Shown here piece by piece: positions 50,824 through 64,000 of a stretch of DNA of 64,000 bases. How positions within the stretch are numbered: the stretch's first letter is position 1; each line of letters opens with the position of its first letter. The position numbers and the translations under genes were made by a program. Source of the DNA: Balamuthia mandrillaris (Eukaryota); assembly GCA_031835245.2 (NCBI GenBank), contig JAVKOQ020000001.1, positions 682,001-746,000 of the forward strand, in the 5' to 3' direction. The notes under the pieces were generated by a model. It ran no database searches, had not been told where the DNA came from, and was given only the letters and a program-made list of their open reading frames with translations.

Positions 50824-52025
50824 CACTCCGAGAGCCAAAAAATATAAAAGACAAAAACAAAAAAAAGGGTAGTGTCTGGAAGACAGACAATTTTTTGGGG
50901 GCTAAGTGTGAACCAAACTATGTGAAGGTTTGGTTTGTTGCTTTGTGTTGCTTCTCTTAAAAAAAAAAGAAAGAAAAAGTAAAAGTAACCAGAAAAACTC
51001 CTCCCTTTTTCCTTAGTGTCTGACTGGGGCTTGAAGGAGACCAGTGCGGGTTATTTTGTTGAACTTGGGGGTAGGGGGGATGTGTCACGTTTGATGAAGG
51101 AAAAGCACAAATAGCCAAAATAAAAGAAACCAGAAGAAAAGAGGAGCAAGAAAAGAAAAGGCTCATTAAATAGGGGGAAGGAAACCGGTGACAAATGAGA
51201 GGAGCGGAAGCCTTAATATATAATAAGCGAGGACATGATGTGGCAGGAAACCCCGAACCTTCTTTGGTGCGTTAAGGCGAAAAAAAAAGATCACGGGGTT
51301 GTCACTTGCCTGTGGTGCTTGCAGATTGCGACAAGTTGTACAAAAGGTAGGTTGCCTGAGAAAATTCAATGACAGAGCGCGTGTAGAGTGAACAAAAGAG
51401 GAGAGACCAATCCACCGAGGGAAAAGTGAGGGGAAAGTTGCCGAAAAGCTAAAATTGCAAGCAGAGATGGCGCAATCACATTCCGAGACGCGTAACCATG
51501 GCGTGGGTGCTTCTCCATTTGTCGACATCTGGATAAAAACGGCACCAAGCCATCTCATCGAAATTTCAAACGGTGGCGAATGAATGGGTTGTACCGCCAT
51601 TATGCCCGACAAGACCAATTTGAAAAAAGGAAGGGTGTGATTTCGTGCGCATTCCTGCGAGAAGTCGGTATCCCATCGCGTGCCACAGATGCTATCTCCA
51701 AGATTAAGGCAGGACAAAAACAGTCAAAACAGCACGGGCATAAGTTCAATCGCGTGGTTGTGCATGTTTGTAACGAGTTGCTTGACAGCCAAGCAACAAA
51801 AAAAGAGCGCATTAGCCGCTAGACTGTGTACAACTATTATTTGGCAGTATCGGGTGAAATGGGAGAGGATACAAAAATAACCTGCTAGGCGCTTGGAGAT
51901 TGCAAAAAGCAACTGTCAAACAGATGGCACAAAGAAAAAAGAAAAAAGAAAAAAGGAGGGCAATTGTCGGTACATAGGAAAGCAGGAAAGTCATCAGAAA
52001 TCCATGAGACATCAGGAGATGAGCA

Positions 52026-53627
52026 TCACAAAGGATTAGACCCCGTTCCCTCCAATATCTTTGCAAAGAAAGAGGGGTCTACCACGTGTTCGTCAAAATA
52101 GGCTTCATCATCTCCTCCATTCTCCAGCCCTATGGCATCAAAGTTTTGCAACATGTTATCAATGTCCTCCGAGAACTCCATGTCTGAGGCACCCCCAACA
52201 CCGCCAGGCATACCACCAAACGTTCCCACTCCCGTTGTTACTGCGTCTTCCTCCTCCTCTTCTTCTTCGCTGCCAAATGTTGGTAGAGGAGGTTGGTTCA
52301 GCGTATTAACCACTGAGGAAGAGGAAGGAAGCGGATGTTGTTGTGGTAGTTGTGCTGGAAAGTTCGTGCTTTGTTCTGCTTGGGCATAAGGAGAGGGAAG
52401 AGAGGAGGAATAGTCATCTATCGTTGGAACAGCAGAGGCGGTTGAGGAAACAGAGGAGGGAGGAGAAAGAGTGGAAAGCGATGCAAAAGTGGAGGAAGAA
52501 GGAGAGGACGATGGTTGAGGGTAGAATGCTGGCGGAGGGTGGAGGTACAGATAAGGGTTGGGGTGATCAGGCGGGCTGTCTGGAAAGGTTACAATAGGGA
52601 CGGCTTCGGGTGTTGTTTGTACATGGTTAATAGTTTCGGAGGAGGGCACGTTTTGGGAACGAGAGGATGTCTTCCGAGAAGTGGAACGTTTGTTGGATGT
52701 TTTCGATGAGGAAGATTTCTTTGTTTTGCTTTCTGCATTTTTTGTGTTTCTTGGGCGTCCTACGGAACCCTTTTTTCTTCCTCTTTTGCTCTTCTGCGGC
52801 GCCGCATCGATTATTTGTTGTTGAGGCTGTTGTGCTTGTTGTTGGGTCTCTTCGCCATACGCAACATAGTTGTTTGGCATAATTTCGGGAAGAGGGATGC
52901 TACTGCCGGTGTGTGATGCGACCGTCTCCATCCCAGTAGTTTCCGGAGGTGTTCCGTTATAAGAAGTAAAAGCAGAAGAGGAGGTGAGAGCAGGTGTCAG
53001 GCTGGAAGAGGAAGTGGAAGTTGAAGGTGGGGTGAGCTCTTCCAAGAAGGAGGAAACGACCGGTGAGGCAGAAGAGTACGAGTGGAACGGAGAGGATGGC
53101 TGGCTGAGCGTTGAAGAGACAGCGGGAGAGGGCCCATTGTCTCCTTTCCAACCTAAGTAGAATCTTGGGGCAGTATAAGGCTTGGCAACAGCAGTAGCGT
53201 GTTGTAGTGCTCCGTTCGTCATTATGAAACTGCCTTTTCTTGCCCTCTTCTTGGGAACTGTTCCCGTGCTAGAAGACAGGCCGCTAAGGTCGGTCACCAT
53301 GGCAGAATGTGAAGCGGAAGAAAGTGGAGAAGAAGGAGGAGAAACATTTACGTTCGAAACAGTGTTGGGTAGTGAGAGGCAGACGACGTCGGCGATGGGC
53401 GTGCCGTCATTGCCGAGCAGCAAAGTATGCGTATCACGTGTAGCAAAGAGACCCCCGTTCTTATGCTGGTAGACTTGCTCCAATTCAATGCAGGGGTTAG
53501 GATGCTTGGTAGCAACAAGGATGTTCAAGTTTTGCAGCACATCGCGGATCGCTTCTGGAGGAATGAACTTGGTCCAAGGCATACGAATTACTTCCGACTG
53601 TTTTGTAGACAGCAAGTCTTGAATCAG

Positions 53628-53661
<34 letters not shown>

Positions 53662-55503
53662 AAGTGTAGGTACCAAATCGTATCCTAACAAGTCACAGAA
53701 TGTTTTGTTGGCCGTAAGCACGATTGGCCCTCTTTTGGGGTTTTGGAAGTCGTAGACAACAATGGGTTGTTCGGAAGATGAAACAGGCAAGCCAGCAATG
53801 GAAGAGGAAGAACTAGTGGCGGAAGAAGTCTCCTCAGAGTCGTCCTCATAGTCTATGGAGTCGTTGATCTTTCGTAGATTGCGTGAAGAGTAGTGTTGCT
53901 GTCTGTCAGAGGTCCTTCCTCCCGATACTGCTTCTTTGTTGTGGGCGCCACAATCAAGCAAGGAAGCCTCTTCCGCTTCTTTGGCTTTGTTTTTCTGGTC
54001 TTCCACTGCTTTTGTATAATACTCCATCAACTGAACCACTTGCCACTGGCTGTTTCTCAGGCGAGTGGAGAGGTTGTTATTCTCCAGCTTTAGATGCATT
54101 ATCTCATCATCCAACCGTTTCTGGTCGGCCCTCAATTTTCTAAGTTCTTTCAAAAAGTAGATGTTCAGATTGTTCTGTCGTAGGTCTGACTCAGCAATGG
54201 CACTTCTGGTCAGCTCTGCCACGGTCGGATCTACCAACGACAGTGCTTGTAAAGCAGTGTTGGTTGCTTTGATTGTTCTCTCAGTTCCTTGTGCTTTAGA
54301 CATAATAGACGAAGAGGATGACGATAAAGGAGGAGGAGACGTGACAGCAGCGGGAATAGGCGAAGGATCGGGGTCAGGATCAGGAGCGGGTAGTTCTTTG
54401 TCGTCAGGGTCCAGATCAATTACTTCCACGTTCTCTGGTGGTTCCTGTTTAACAGGCCGGAGCTGAAAAAACGGGACAGGAGCGGGAGTATTACTGCTTG
54501 CATCTTCTTCCATTTTTTCCGCCTTCAAAGGCAATGGCTAATTAATAATAGTATGTACATTAGTTCAAGTGTTGATATGAAAAAGATAGACAAAAAAGAA
54601 ACAGCATAACAACGTACTGTCGTCGAAGCACTTTCGGCGTCTGGAGAAGAAAGAGATGAAGGTGGAACTGATAACCCAGTCTTTTTTCGACCCCCAACCC
54701 TATCTCCAGGGAAAGGATTGGGAAGAGGAGCAAAGACTGTTTCTGAGACAGAAGAACTACCAGTAGTTGCAGTGGAGGGAGCAGCAGTAACCATTCCTCT
54801 GCCGCCAAAGGAAGTGGGAATAGGCGCTCTCCTTACGGATGGTGTTGTGGTTCCTGACGAAGCAACGCTGGTTGAGGGTCTCTGGAACAACAATGGTGGA
54901 GGCGTATAGGAAGTGGTAGTGGCAGAGTGAGAGGGAGAGGAGGCGCTGACAGGGGTGGTGGGCGCCGTATGTGCGCGGAGTGGAGCGTTTGCGCTGTTGG
55001 TGGAAGAAGAGGAGGCTGCTGGAGGAGGAGAAGGCGGCGAAAAAAGTGAAGATGACGAAGAGTCAGCGTCGCTGCCGCTAAAGTCGCTTTCTGGCTCTAC
55101 AGCAGCAGAGTCCTCCGAGGTCCGGCCATGGCCAGGAAGTTGGTTGGCCCAAGGCAGTGTGTTAGAGGGTTTTTGTTGCCTCTGCTAAGAGAGCGAGTAT
55201 GTAAGGACAAAAAAAAAGTGGTTAAAAAGAGTGCAGAACCAATAAAGCAAACCTTTGAGTCTCCAATTTCAACACCAAAGCACACGTTGTGTCTGCCCTC
55301 CTTCTCACACTTGGAACAGGGCCTTCCCCCATCGCACGCCATCCCCTCATTTGCGGTCTACACAGTGGCAGAAAGGAAATAATTTGTGCGTCATTAGTGA
55401 GAGCAAGAGAGAGGGGAGGATTTTGTTGCTTGGAGGAACAACGGACCAGACAAAAAAAGCATGGAGCCCCGCATAGCTTTCGTTTTTTGAGCGGCTCTGT
55501 CAT
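52026..55503 (-). CDS. Zn(II)2Cys6-like zinc cluster, coiled-coil and PAS domain transcription factor, multi-exon
   Basis: Spliced KKRK..CFFCLTANEGMACDGGRPCSKCEKEGRHNVC; PAS VLTANKTFCDLLGYDLSEVIRMPWTKFIP..YQHKNGG; AT-hook-like GRPR; acidic C-terminus. Confidence 0.85.
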
Positions 55504-56051
55504 TCCTCTGACAGAGCCAAAAGAAGGAGTAGCGGGCGGAGCAGAAAGGCTGAGATTCAAACAAGTAGTGGCGACGCTCGTCGTTTTTCCCAGTGGCAAC
55601 TCGGGCGAGATGAACGGCTCAGTGTAGGAAAGATGTGGTTATTGTTGTTTGCCTTCTTTTTTTGTTTATGGCGGCAGCAGCAGCAGCGGCAGTGGCCAAC
55701 GGAATAATTATTCGGATTATTTGTTTATTTTTTTTCCTCCCTTGCAGCGCTTCTCTGTTCTGTTCTGTTCTTTTCTGTTCTACTCTTTTCTTGACTTTTT
55801 TTTTTCCCCGTTATATTATTTTTTGTTGGGTGAGGAAAACAAAAGGGGAAATTTAGTAGGGCAACTATGTCCTGTTTTTTCCGTGCCATTTGGGGGAGGT
55901 GTGGATTGTCCCCTTCTTCGAAGCATTTTCAAAATTCCGAAATTTCGGATCGGAAAGCCGTTTCTTTTTTTTTTTTTTTTTTGTGATGCGCAGAAAGGAG
56001 GAGACCAATGCAGAAGAGAGGAGAAAGGGGGAGAGAGAAAGAGGAGGAGCG

Positions 56052-58009
56052 TTAGGGAGAATCTTCACTGTTGGTAGCCTTTTCGCTGCTCGTTGGAGGA
56101 GTGGTCGTCTCTTTACCCTTTCCTTTATCACTTTCACTATCACTCTCCTCCTCGCTATCCTTATCGCTCTCATTCGTCTCCTCTTGTTCTTCCGGTTTGG
56201 AGCGTAACGCCTCGATTTCCTGTTTCAATTTTTTGGTGTTAAAGAAAGAAGAAAGAAAGAATGAATGAAAAAAATGAATCTCAAACGAACCCCAAAAACT
56301 TCAGAGTAATCCAAGACCATGGTGGTGATGACGTTATAAATGGGTTGCAGGTCTGCCACCTCAAAGGGATTGGAATTCCTGCGCGTGCACAATATAGGTC
56401 CAAACACTATGGCAATGTTGCTGGCCATCATCTTGTTCACCGCGTTATTCTCCGGTTTGGCAACCTCGTGCAGCAGCTTCATGAGCTCCTGCAGGATGAA
56501 GGCGTTGCGGCGGGGCAGCGCTTCCATGACCTGGCGCTTGAGCTCTGGGAGGGATTGGGGAAGGGTGGGCGCCCCGGAGGCCTTCTCCCGAAGGATGAGG
56601 TTTCCCATGAGCACCCACTCGTCATAGTGGTCGTAGGTGAAGAGCGGCTCCGGAAGATCTCTTATCCAAAGTTTAAGCAGGCCGGAAATGTTGTGGTTGT
56701 TTTCGTTCCATGTGAAATCTAATTCTCCTCCTTTTTTTTGACTTATGTTAGTGCATTTACGTTTGTAGGTCATTTTCGAGTTTGGTAGGTACCCAAGTCG
56801 AGATTGTTTTTCATATGTTCGATGACTTTGGCGCTACCGGACTCTCGGAAGAGACCTTCTGTTCTCAAGCCTCGTTTCAACAAAGTCTTGCAACAGATGT
56901 CAACGACTCGTGGGATTTCTCTGCCTTGCTCCTTTGGGTTTTGTTCCATCAATGTTGTGATTGGAAGCGCAAAGACTTTGTTTTGGAAACAAATTGTTAT
57001 TTTTGAGGATAGAGAGAGAGAGAAAAAGCGATAGTTTAATAGAAGAAAAGGGGAAAGAGAAAGAGAAAGCGAAAGCGAAAGAAGAACAAACCTCGGCTCG
57101 TTTCAAGTAGGGTGACAGCATTGGTCAAAGCAGAGAGCCAATCCCGTTTATCACTGAATGTAGGAAGGATTAAGGTATGCGTTTCTTCGTACTCTTCTCC
57201 AAGGGCCGTATTAGGCATGTGGCTTTTGAGGACTGGTGAGCCGCCGCCAGAGTCCGTTCCATTTTCGGCCATGTCGTTAACCTCATCGCCGGCATGTCGG
57301 ATGGCGGTGAATCGGAAAGCATTGTAGAGATCTTCTTTGTCGGGAAGGTCTTCGATGGAAGCGCCACGAAGGTAGAAACGACCAACAAATTTGAAGGAAG
57401 TGCTGTTGCTGTCCTTACCTAAGTCGATGAGGCCGGCAATCTTTGGTTTTTGTATGGGCTTTGCGAAGAGGAGGTAGTCGTTAAAGAGGAAGCCTTTGTA
57501 GTCCTCTCGTTGGGCAGGTGCGCTTGGGTGGATCATTGTAATGGTTCCTTCAATCAGCAATCTGTATTTAAGTTTGTATTTTGAATAAAAACAGAAAAAG
57601 AAGAACGCCAATCAACTAATAAAACAAACCTTCTATGTGGCTCCACAATTGGATACTAACAAGTGTGAAGGGCAAACGCAAATATGTAAGAGAAGAGGAA
57701 GAGTAGTGGGGAAAAAAGGTTTCCAACGTACCCTAAAACCAGTAAGTTGATTAGAAATGTTGATGAGCTGCCCTGTTTGTCTGGACGCTTCGAGGCCCGC
57801 CTCGATGCCATGAACAATCTTCTTCATTTTACAAAGAGCTTTGGACATGTCTTCCTGCTGTTGAGTGTTCTCCGGAGTGAAAACGTTCAAATCCTTCAAA
57901 ATGGAAACGTATTTCTGCACTCGGTTTGTAGGCAGCTCTAAAAGGTTTTGAATGTCCTCCTGTTTGAATGCAAGTATCGAAAAACGAAATGGCCATCATT
58001 ATCTGATAT

Positions 58010-58040
<31 letters not shown>

Positions 58041-59810
58041 CGAATCACATACACAGAGCAACCCTTTGACTTGTTTTACATCCTTGCTTTTGTTCAAGGC
58101 ATTCAGTGCATGGCTGATATTTGAAACATAATCATAATACAACTTCCACTTGCTGATATTATTTACAAAGACAGCACCAACATTTTCTTTTGGATGGTCC
58201 TTTTTGCATTGTTCAAGTTGCTCTACAAACTTTGGATTGAAATAGTTAAGGACAAGAAGAAAAAATATAAGAGCGAATAAGAAGCCAGAAAGAGGGGAAT
58301 AACGAGTAGTACCTCCTTGTGCCACTTGTAAATGTGCTCTATTTCAGAAAACATGGCCAATCTGTCTTCTCGTGTAAATTTTTCTTGCAACTTGGGATCT
58401 TCCTTCCATAACTTTTCCACATTTTGTTTAATCTATGTGCAAATGAAAACAAACGTGAGCGATAGAGTTTGAAAAAAAAACGAGTTAAAAATTTTACTTG
58501 TATCACAGGATCTAAGCGTTTTAAATAGAGGTTCTCTGAATCAATGAGCTCGTCTAAAACAGTTAAACGTTCAGCAGCTGCCCAAAGCACAACGCAAAGC
58601 AATTAGGAAGAAATGTTAACACAACTTCAAAAGACAAAATATAACCCACCAATGTCTTTGATGGAAGACTTGCGCTTGAGTAGAGCCTTCTTGCCTCTCT
58701 TTTTCGCTTGCTTTTGCTTCTTTTTCTTCTCTGTTTGAAAGTGAGCTTGCTTTTCCTGTTTACCAAATTGATGAATGAAAACTCGATCGCGAGTTAAACT
58801 AAGTAGGAGGAGAAGAAAGGGACGAACCTCTCCTTTCTTTTTCAGTTCTGCCAGTTTATCCTGTAAATGTTGAACCTCTTCCACCCCTGAAGCTAAGAAC
58901 CTTTCCAAGCTGGGAAGGTATGTGGAACAAAGACCGTCCAGCAAGCGTTGTTGATTATCTACCATCATTTGGTTGAATGCTTTTACTGTACTCTCTCCCA
59001 TTCGTGCTAACGATTCTTTGTTTTCCTTCTCTTCATTTTCAGCCTGGTAACAAGCAGTATAATTAGCTCGAGCATAAATAATAAGCAAAATTGACGTTGG
59101 CAAAGCAACAAAGTTACCTCTTTTACTTTGGCTGGGTTCGTTTTCTTAGATTCCTTTTCTCGCTTTGTTTTGGCGCAAGAGGTCATGTAAACATTCCGCA
59201 TCCTATCAAACTCTTTCTTCATGGTTTTGGCTTCTTCGAGGCATGCTAAAAAATCGTTCACTGGAGTTACCAACCCCGAATTCAGCGCTGGGTCCTACAG
59301 CGAGCCGCAACGAGGACGGGTTAACTAGGAAAAACAAATTTGAGATAAATAACAGTGAAGAGCACGTACCATTCCTGAACGTAGATCCTCCCAAGCTCTT
59401 TGAAATTTGCCAACATTCAACAGGCATTCTCCTGTAGTATTGTGTTTATATTAACACAAAAACAGAAAGTATAACAAGCACAAAGTGTTTTTTCTTTCTA
59501 AAGAGCATTACCTAATGCAGTGGAGTTTTCGTCGTAGGTCATCAGCTTGAGAACTTTGCCAGTATCTTGCAAGACATCCCCAAACTGTCTTCCTTCTTCC
59601 ACATTGCCTAGAAGGGAGGAAGTAAGCCCAACTGCAACAATTGTTGTTGTTGACAAGAAAGACAAGAGGCTATATACCATGGTTGGATTTGTTCAAAGAG
59701 CCTAAACGCTTTTGCATGAGCTTAAGCGAGCGCCTTATTTCCTCGAAACGCTGTTGTTGGAGGAGGTGTTAAACAACAAAAAAGCCAAATGTAAAGATTC
59801 AAGAATAAGT

Positions 59811-59852
<42 letters not shown>

Positions 59853-59975
59853 TACCGCTTCTTGCTGATCTATTTCCCGTTGGTTGGCAAACTCGGCATC
59901 GCTGTGGAGGTCAGCCATGGAAGCCCCAGAGCGTTTGTTGAGCGAGTTCTTAAACTTTAGCATCTTGTTTTGCAT
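56052..59975 (-). CDS. BAR(-like) / DH / PH / RhoGAP multidomain protein, multi-exon (N-terminus uncertain)
   Basis: Helical BAR-like exons (FGDVLQDTG..ALGNAL; VTPVNDFL..KKEFDRMRNVY), DH (VLDELIDSENLYLKRL; LLELPTNRVQKY), PH (FLFNDYLLFAK; KRDWLSAL) and RhoGAP (EGLFRESG, LLKLWIRDLPEPLF, NKMMASNIAIVFGP). Confidence 0.85.
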
Positions 59976-60471
59976 TTTTGCTTGCTCTTCCGCGTTGGCC
60001 TTTCTTGTCTGCAGGAAGAAACGTCGTATGGAAATAAGGCCAGTGGCAGGTCAGAGGGAGAGAGAAATCGACATAACCACCAGAAAACAAAAAAGTAGTG
60101 CGTACCGGCTACTCAAAAACAAAAAAAATCCAATCCAATCCACCACCGCCAAAAAAGTCTTCTTCTGCGTTCTTTATTTGTTGTTGTTGTGCGCCAACAA
60201 GACAAACAGCCACAAAAAAAACAACCAACAGGCTTTCACCAACTTGGTGTATTAGTAACACCGCTTTTCGCTTAGTTGTTAAAAGCGCTTTCGTGCGGTT
60301 TTTTTTTTTTTGCTTTGCGTCGATGGGTCTTCCCCCTGCCGCTGCCGCCGTTATTTCGCTTTTTTCCTTATTCTTTTGTGCTTATCTTTTACCCAAAATT
60401 GCTGTGCGGCGGTGCTCCCAGTCAAACCAATCTCGCATTTGCCATATTTTTTGTATGGTCGACGGAAATAG

Positions 60472-62744
60472 TTAATTAATTAAAAGAAGGTCAGGTTGCG
60501 CAGGGATTGACCGGAAATTGTATACATCTGGAGCAGGAGAAGCCGCCGCGGTTGAGGAAGAAGAAGATAGCAGAGAGACTAGGGAGGAATCGGAGGCGAA
60601 GGAGCGAAGGAGAGGGGTGGAGGGGGCGGAGGTGGAGGAGGTTTCGTTGGGGGGAGTTTTTGTGGGAGTGGATGGAGTGGTTTGGTAGCGGCGAGAGGGG
60701 AGAGAGGGGCTGCTGGAGAACACCAAGTTTTCCAAGGCTTGCAAGTATTCCTCATCCGATTTCTTTAAGTCCTGCAAGAAGCTCTTTCCTTTGGCGTGCA
60801 ATGCAAAGAACGCGTCTTTTGCTTCACGTTCTTTGGCATCCTCATCTTTCTCCTCCAAATCTGCACTCTTGTTGCTGCTCTCGTTTTCGTCGTCGTCCTT
60901 CTCGTCATCGCTGCTGTAAGAAGGCATAACAAAGGAAGGGAAGTGGGGTGGAGACATAGCGGCCATCACCTCCATTTTCAGTTTGTTGTCTTCCTCGTCC
61001 ATAATCGCAAGCGCTGCAGATCCTGCTGTTGGATTTTCATCCTCTTTCTTCAGCGCTTCATGTAGAAGGCTCACATTGGGCAGTACCGCAAGCGCGCCCT
61101 CTTTTCCATTCTCCAATGGTTGAACGTGCTGCTTGTACACCTATTTGATGATGAAGGGTTTTCAGGTTTGCCACAACAACATAAAACAAGTAACGAGAAC
61201 AAAGAAGAACGCACGCTCAACTCCTCTTCCAAATCTCTGACCTTGACTTTGGCCTGCTCTAACTCTTTCCACATGTTATGATGCTGTGTCATCAACGCCT
61301 GTTTCTCTTGCTCATACCGTTGTACCTTTGCTCTAAGGATGCTTATCTCTTCATCCTCTGCTGCCCCTCCTTTCTTATTGCTGGTTCCCGTTGTGTAGTT
61401 TTTGTTATTTGACAGTAATTGTGGCTGTGTTTGTGCTGACAGTGAAGGTGATGATACATGCGAGGATTGCTTGGATGACGGTTCGGCTTGGGAGGTTGGC
61501 GTTTTGCCGGTGAAGGTATAGGTTGCGAGCATGGTTGAAGAAGAAGAGGGGGAAGCTGTTGCAGAAGATATCGAGCGTGAGAGAGAAGTATTGGAAGGTG
61601 ATGAAGAAGCATTATTTGGCTTTGTAAGACGGACAGTGCTCCAATAGTTAGGCATGTCAAGCGCTTTATCTGCTGCATCTAGGGAAAAGTTGATGGCTCT
61701 CAAGGATTCCAGAGCAGCAAGAATGTTGTCACAGCATTCTTGGTCCAGCAGTACGGCCTCCGGCAAATAATATTGTGTACACAAGTTACTGCAATGAAAC
61801 CAAATGATTACACACACAAGCAAACAGAGAAGAAGAAAAAGAAGAAGAAGAAGAAGAAGAAGAACAAGAACAAGAACAAGAACAAGAACAAGAACAAGAA
61901 GAAGAAGAAGAAGAAGAAGAAGAAGAAGAAGAAGAAGAAGAAGAAGAGAAGATGCTTACACATTCCAAAGAAGGCTGTTCAAATACTCAACCAATCCCTT
62001 CTCGTTTAAAGCCTACAAAAAAGAGTTGTGTGAACGTTCACATGATGGAAACAAAGAGCTTCATAAAGTAAGTTACCATGCAGACAAAAACTCGAGTTCT
62101 GCCCACTTTGGTTCTACAGCGACTTTTTATATGCCGTAGAAGCTCTTCTCCTTCTGGTATACCTGAACAGTTTGTGTGGGTGAGCAGAGAGAAGGGAAAA
62201 AAGGACGGAAGGAAAACAAGCAGCAAAACAGAGAGAGCAGCGTAGAAACAGAAAACACAACAAGAGACGAGAACAAACACTGGTCGATGTGTTGCAGCAA
62301 GTCCCAAAAATGAGAGGAGCCAAAGAGAAGCGCTTGTTTCAGTCCATGGTTCAGTATTTGCTCTTATTGTGTTAATAGTGTTATCGTTAGCTTCAAGCCA
62401 GAAGACAGGGGCAAGAAGAAAGAAACAGAAGAAACGGAAAACAACAGGAGAAGAGCGAGGAGTGGAGTCTTTTTTTGTGGGGGGGGGTGAGCAAAAGGGT
62501 TTTTACCAAGCGCTATGCACATTTGGAGGAGCATTGGGTGGTCCACCGTGTGTTGTGTTTGTTGCACTTGCTCAACGTCCTTGGTGACATGTTCGACGGC
62601 CCTCTGCAGCTGTCTCACCAGTCTCACTGTTTGCCAAAACAATAATAATAATTTAAAAAACGTTAGCCGCTTTTACAAAAAAAGTGAGAAGCTTGTTGCG
62701 TTTGGAGTTTTGGCCATACTCTTTGCCACGGGGTTGTCCTCCAT
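60472..62744 (-). CDS. RUN domain and coiled-coil protein, multi-exon
   Basis: MCIALEQILNHGLK..FWDLL, TKVGRTRVF..ALNEKGLVEYL and QYYLPEAVLLD..LESLRAINFSL, followed by a Ser-rich linker and coiled coil. Confidence 0.85.
61829..61950. repeat. (GAA)n/(GAACAA)n microsatellite in RUN gene intron
   Basis: Visible repeat. Confidence 0.95.
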
Positions 62745-62948
62745 GTTTTTTCCAGCTTCCCCCTCCTTCGTTGCTCTCCACTCCTTCGGCACAAGCTTGC
62801 TCCTCTCTCTTTGTGCTTGGTATTTTGCCTCTCTCCTGTCCACGATATCACCTACGCTCCTGTCAATATCTATATATGGTAATTGAACTCATCCATTCAC
62901 ATGACGACGTGAAAATGGAGATAAATTTCTCAACACAGAGAGAGAAGC

Positions 62949-64000
62949 ATGAAGGAGCAAGAAGGTAGCGCTTCGCCAACTCACTCTCCTTCTGCTTCTT
63001 CTTCGCCATCCTCTTCGTTGCGTGCGCCGTCTGTGGCTTCTCTTGGGGTGTTGCCACGTTCGGGAGGGGCATCTAGAAGCCATACGCATCCCTCCTCCTC
63101 CCCGCCCTACAGCAACGCGGTGGAGGAGGAAGAAGCGGAAGAGGAAGAGGAAAACCAGGTTCGTGAAGAAAGCGGCAATGAAGGGGCAGAGGAAGAGCAA
63201 CAATTTTCTCCAGCGTTGATCTCATGGAAGGCCAAAAGGAATCATACGGACAAGGAGAGCAAGGAAATGCCGCTCATTCTCAAGTGCCCAATGTGTGGCT
63301 GTTCCGCCAAAGAGGAACGAAAGATCATCGAGGAGGAACACAAAAATATTGCACTACAACGCAAAGCCATCGAGGCCTTTGAGCAACGAATGCGGAGGTA
63401 AACTTGGTTTCCTTCATCCTTCCTTCTTTCTTGTCGTTTCTTTCTCACTCAATAAGAAAAAAAAAAGGTTTGAAGCTTCCTCCACATCAAAAGTAAAGCT
63501 GAATGTTGGCGGCAAAGTATTTGTGACCAGTTTGACTACATTGACGAAGCAACGCAGCATGCTCTCTGCCATGTTCAGCGACAAGTTCAACATTCAGCCC
63601 GATGAGAACGGAGAGTACTTCATCGATAGGAACCCCAAGCACTTTGATGTAATACTGGACTACCTTCGAAAGGGTACCATTATCATTACTGGCCTTTCTC
63701 AAAGGTACTGTTTCATCGATCATTTCTTTCCTCTATCTGCTCTCTGCTCTCGGCTCTTCTCACTTGTGCACTTATAACTAAGGGACTTGCAAGAAATTCG
63801 TGATGAAGTTGACTTTTATCAGCTTCATGGTCTGCGGGATCTTCTCTTCAGTAAGATTCTCACTCTGCCATTTTTTGTTTCTTCTCCTTCTCTCACCTTT
63901 CTCCCCCTCTCATGAAATTCAAAACTAACAATAAACAATACCGCGTCTTCAGTAACGCGGTGGAGTACCATTCAAAAGAGCGAGAAGATTGTTTTATCCA
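62949..64000 (+). CDS. KCTD-type (T1) BTB/POZ domain protein, multi-exon, partial at window end
   Basis: VKLNVGGKVFVTSLTTLTK..SMLSAMFS..GEYFIDRNPKHFDVILDYLR and EVDFYQL. Confidence 0.9.

Noticed and set aside
60720..60790. DH-like helix (LQDLKKSDEEYLQALENL) in the RUN protein tail
   Set aside because: It is a single short helix followed by low-complexity sequence, with no remainder of a DH domain.

Overview
This is a compact, intron-rich eukaryotic window with GT-AG introns that carry long CT/TCT microsatellites. The style suggests a free-living amoeba (Amoebozoa, possibly Balamuthia/Acanthamoeba-like); that assignment is inference only. I reconstructed about 26 protein-coding genes by hand-splicing. 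In order they are: OSCA/TMEM63 channel, beta-hydroxyacid dehydrogenase-like enzyme, an unknown mitochondrial-type protein, glucosidase II beta-like protein, EFM4-like methyltransferase, PH protein, pICln, RCC1-BTB protein, large PPR protein, AlkB dioxygenase, SPRY protein, alkaline ceramidase, isopentenyl phosphate kinase, a small membrane protein, a Gly-rich protein, RhoGEF, Kelch type-I membrane protein, URB2, NPRL2, sterol C24-methyltransferase, a RanBD-RAMA fusion, F-box/MORN protein, Zn2Cys6-PAS transcription factor, BAR-DH-PH-RhoGAP protein, RUN protein and a KCTD-type BTB protein. I found no rRNA, convincing tRNA, CRISPR array or transposon. The most notable observations are a Ran-binding-domain plus RAMA (putative 6mA-reader) fusion, a perfect 22-bp intronic inverted repeat covering a 3' splice site, a recurrent GTCGAC promoter palindrome, and several unusual domain architectures. 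Exon boundaries were inferred by eye and domain calls come from recalled motifs, not database searches.
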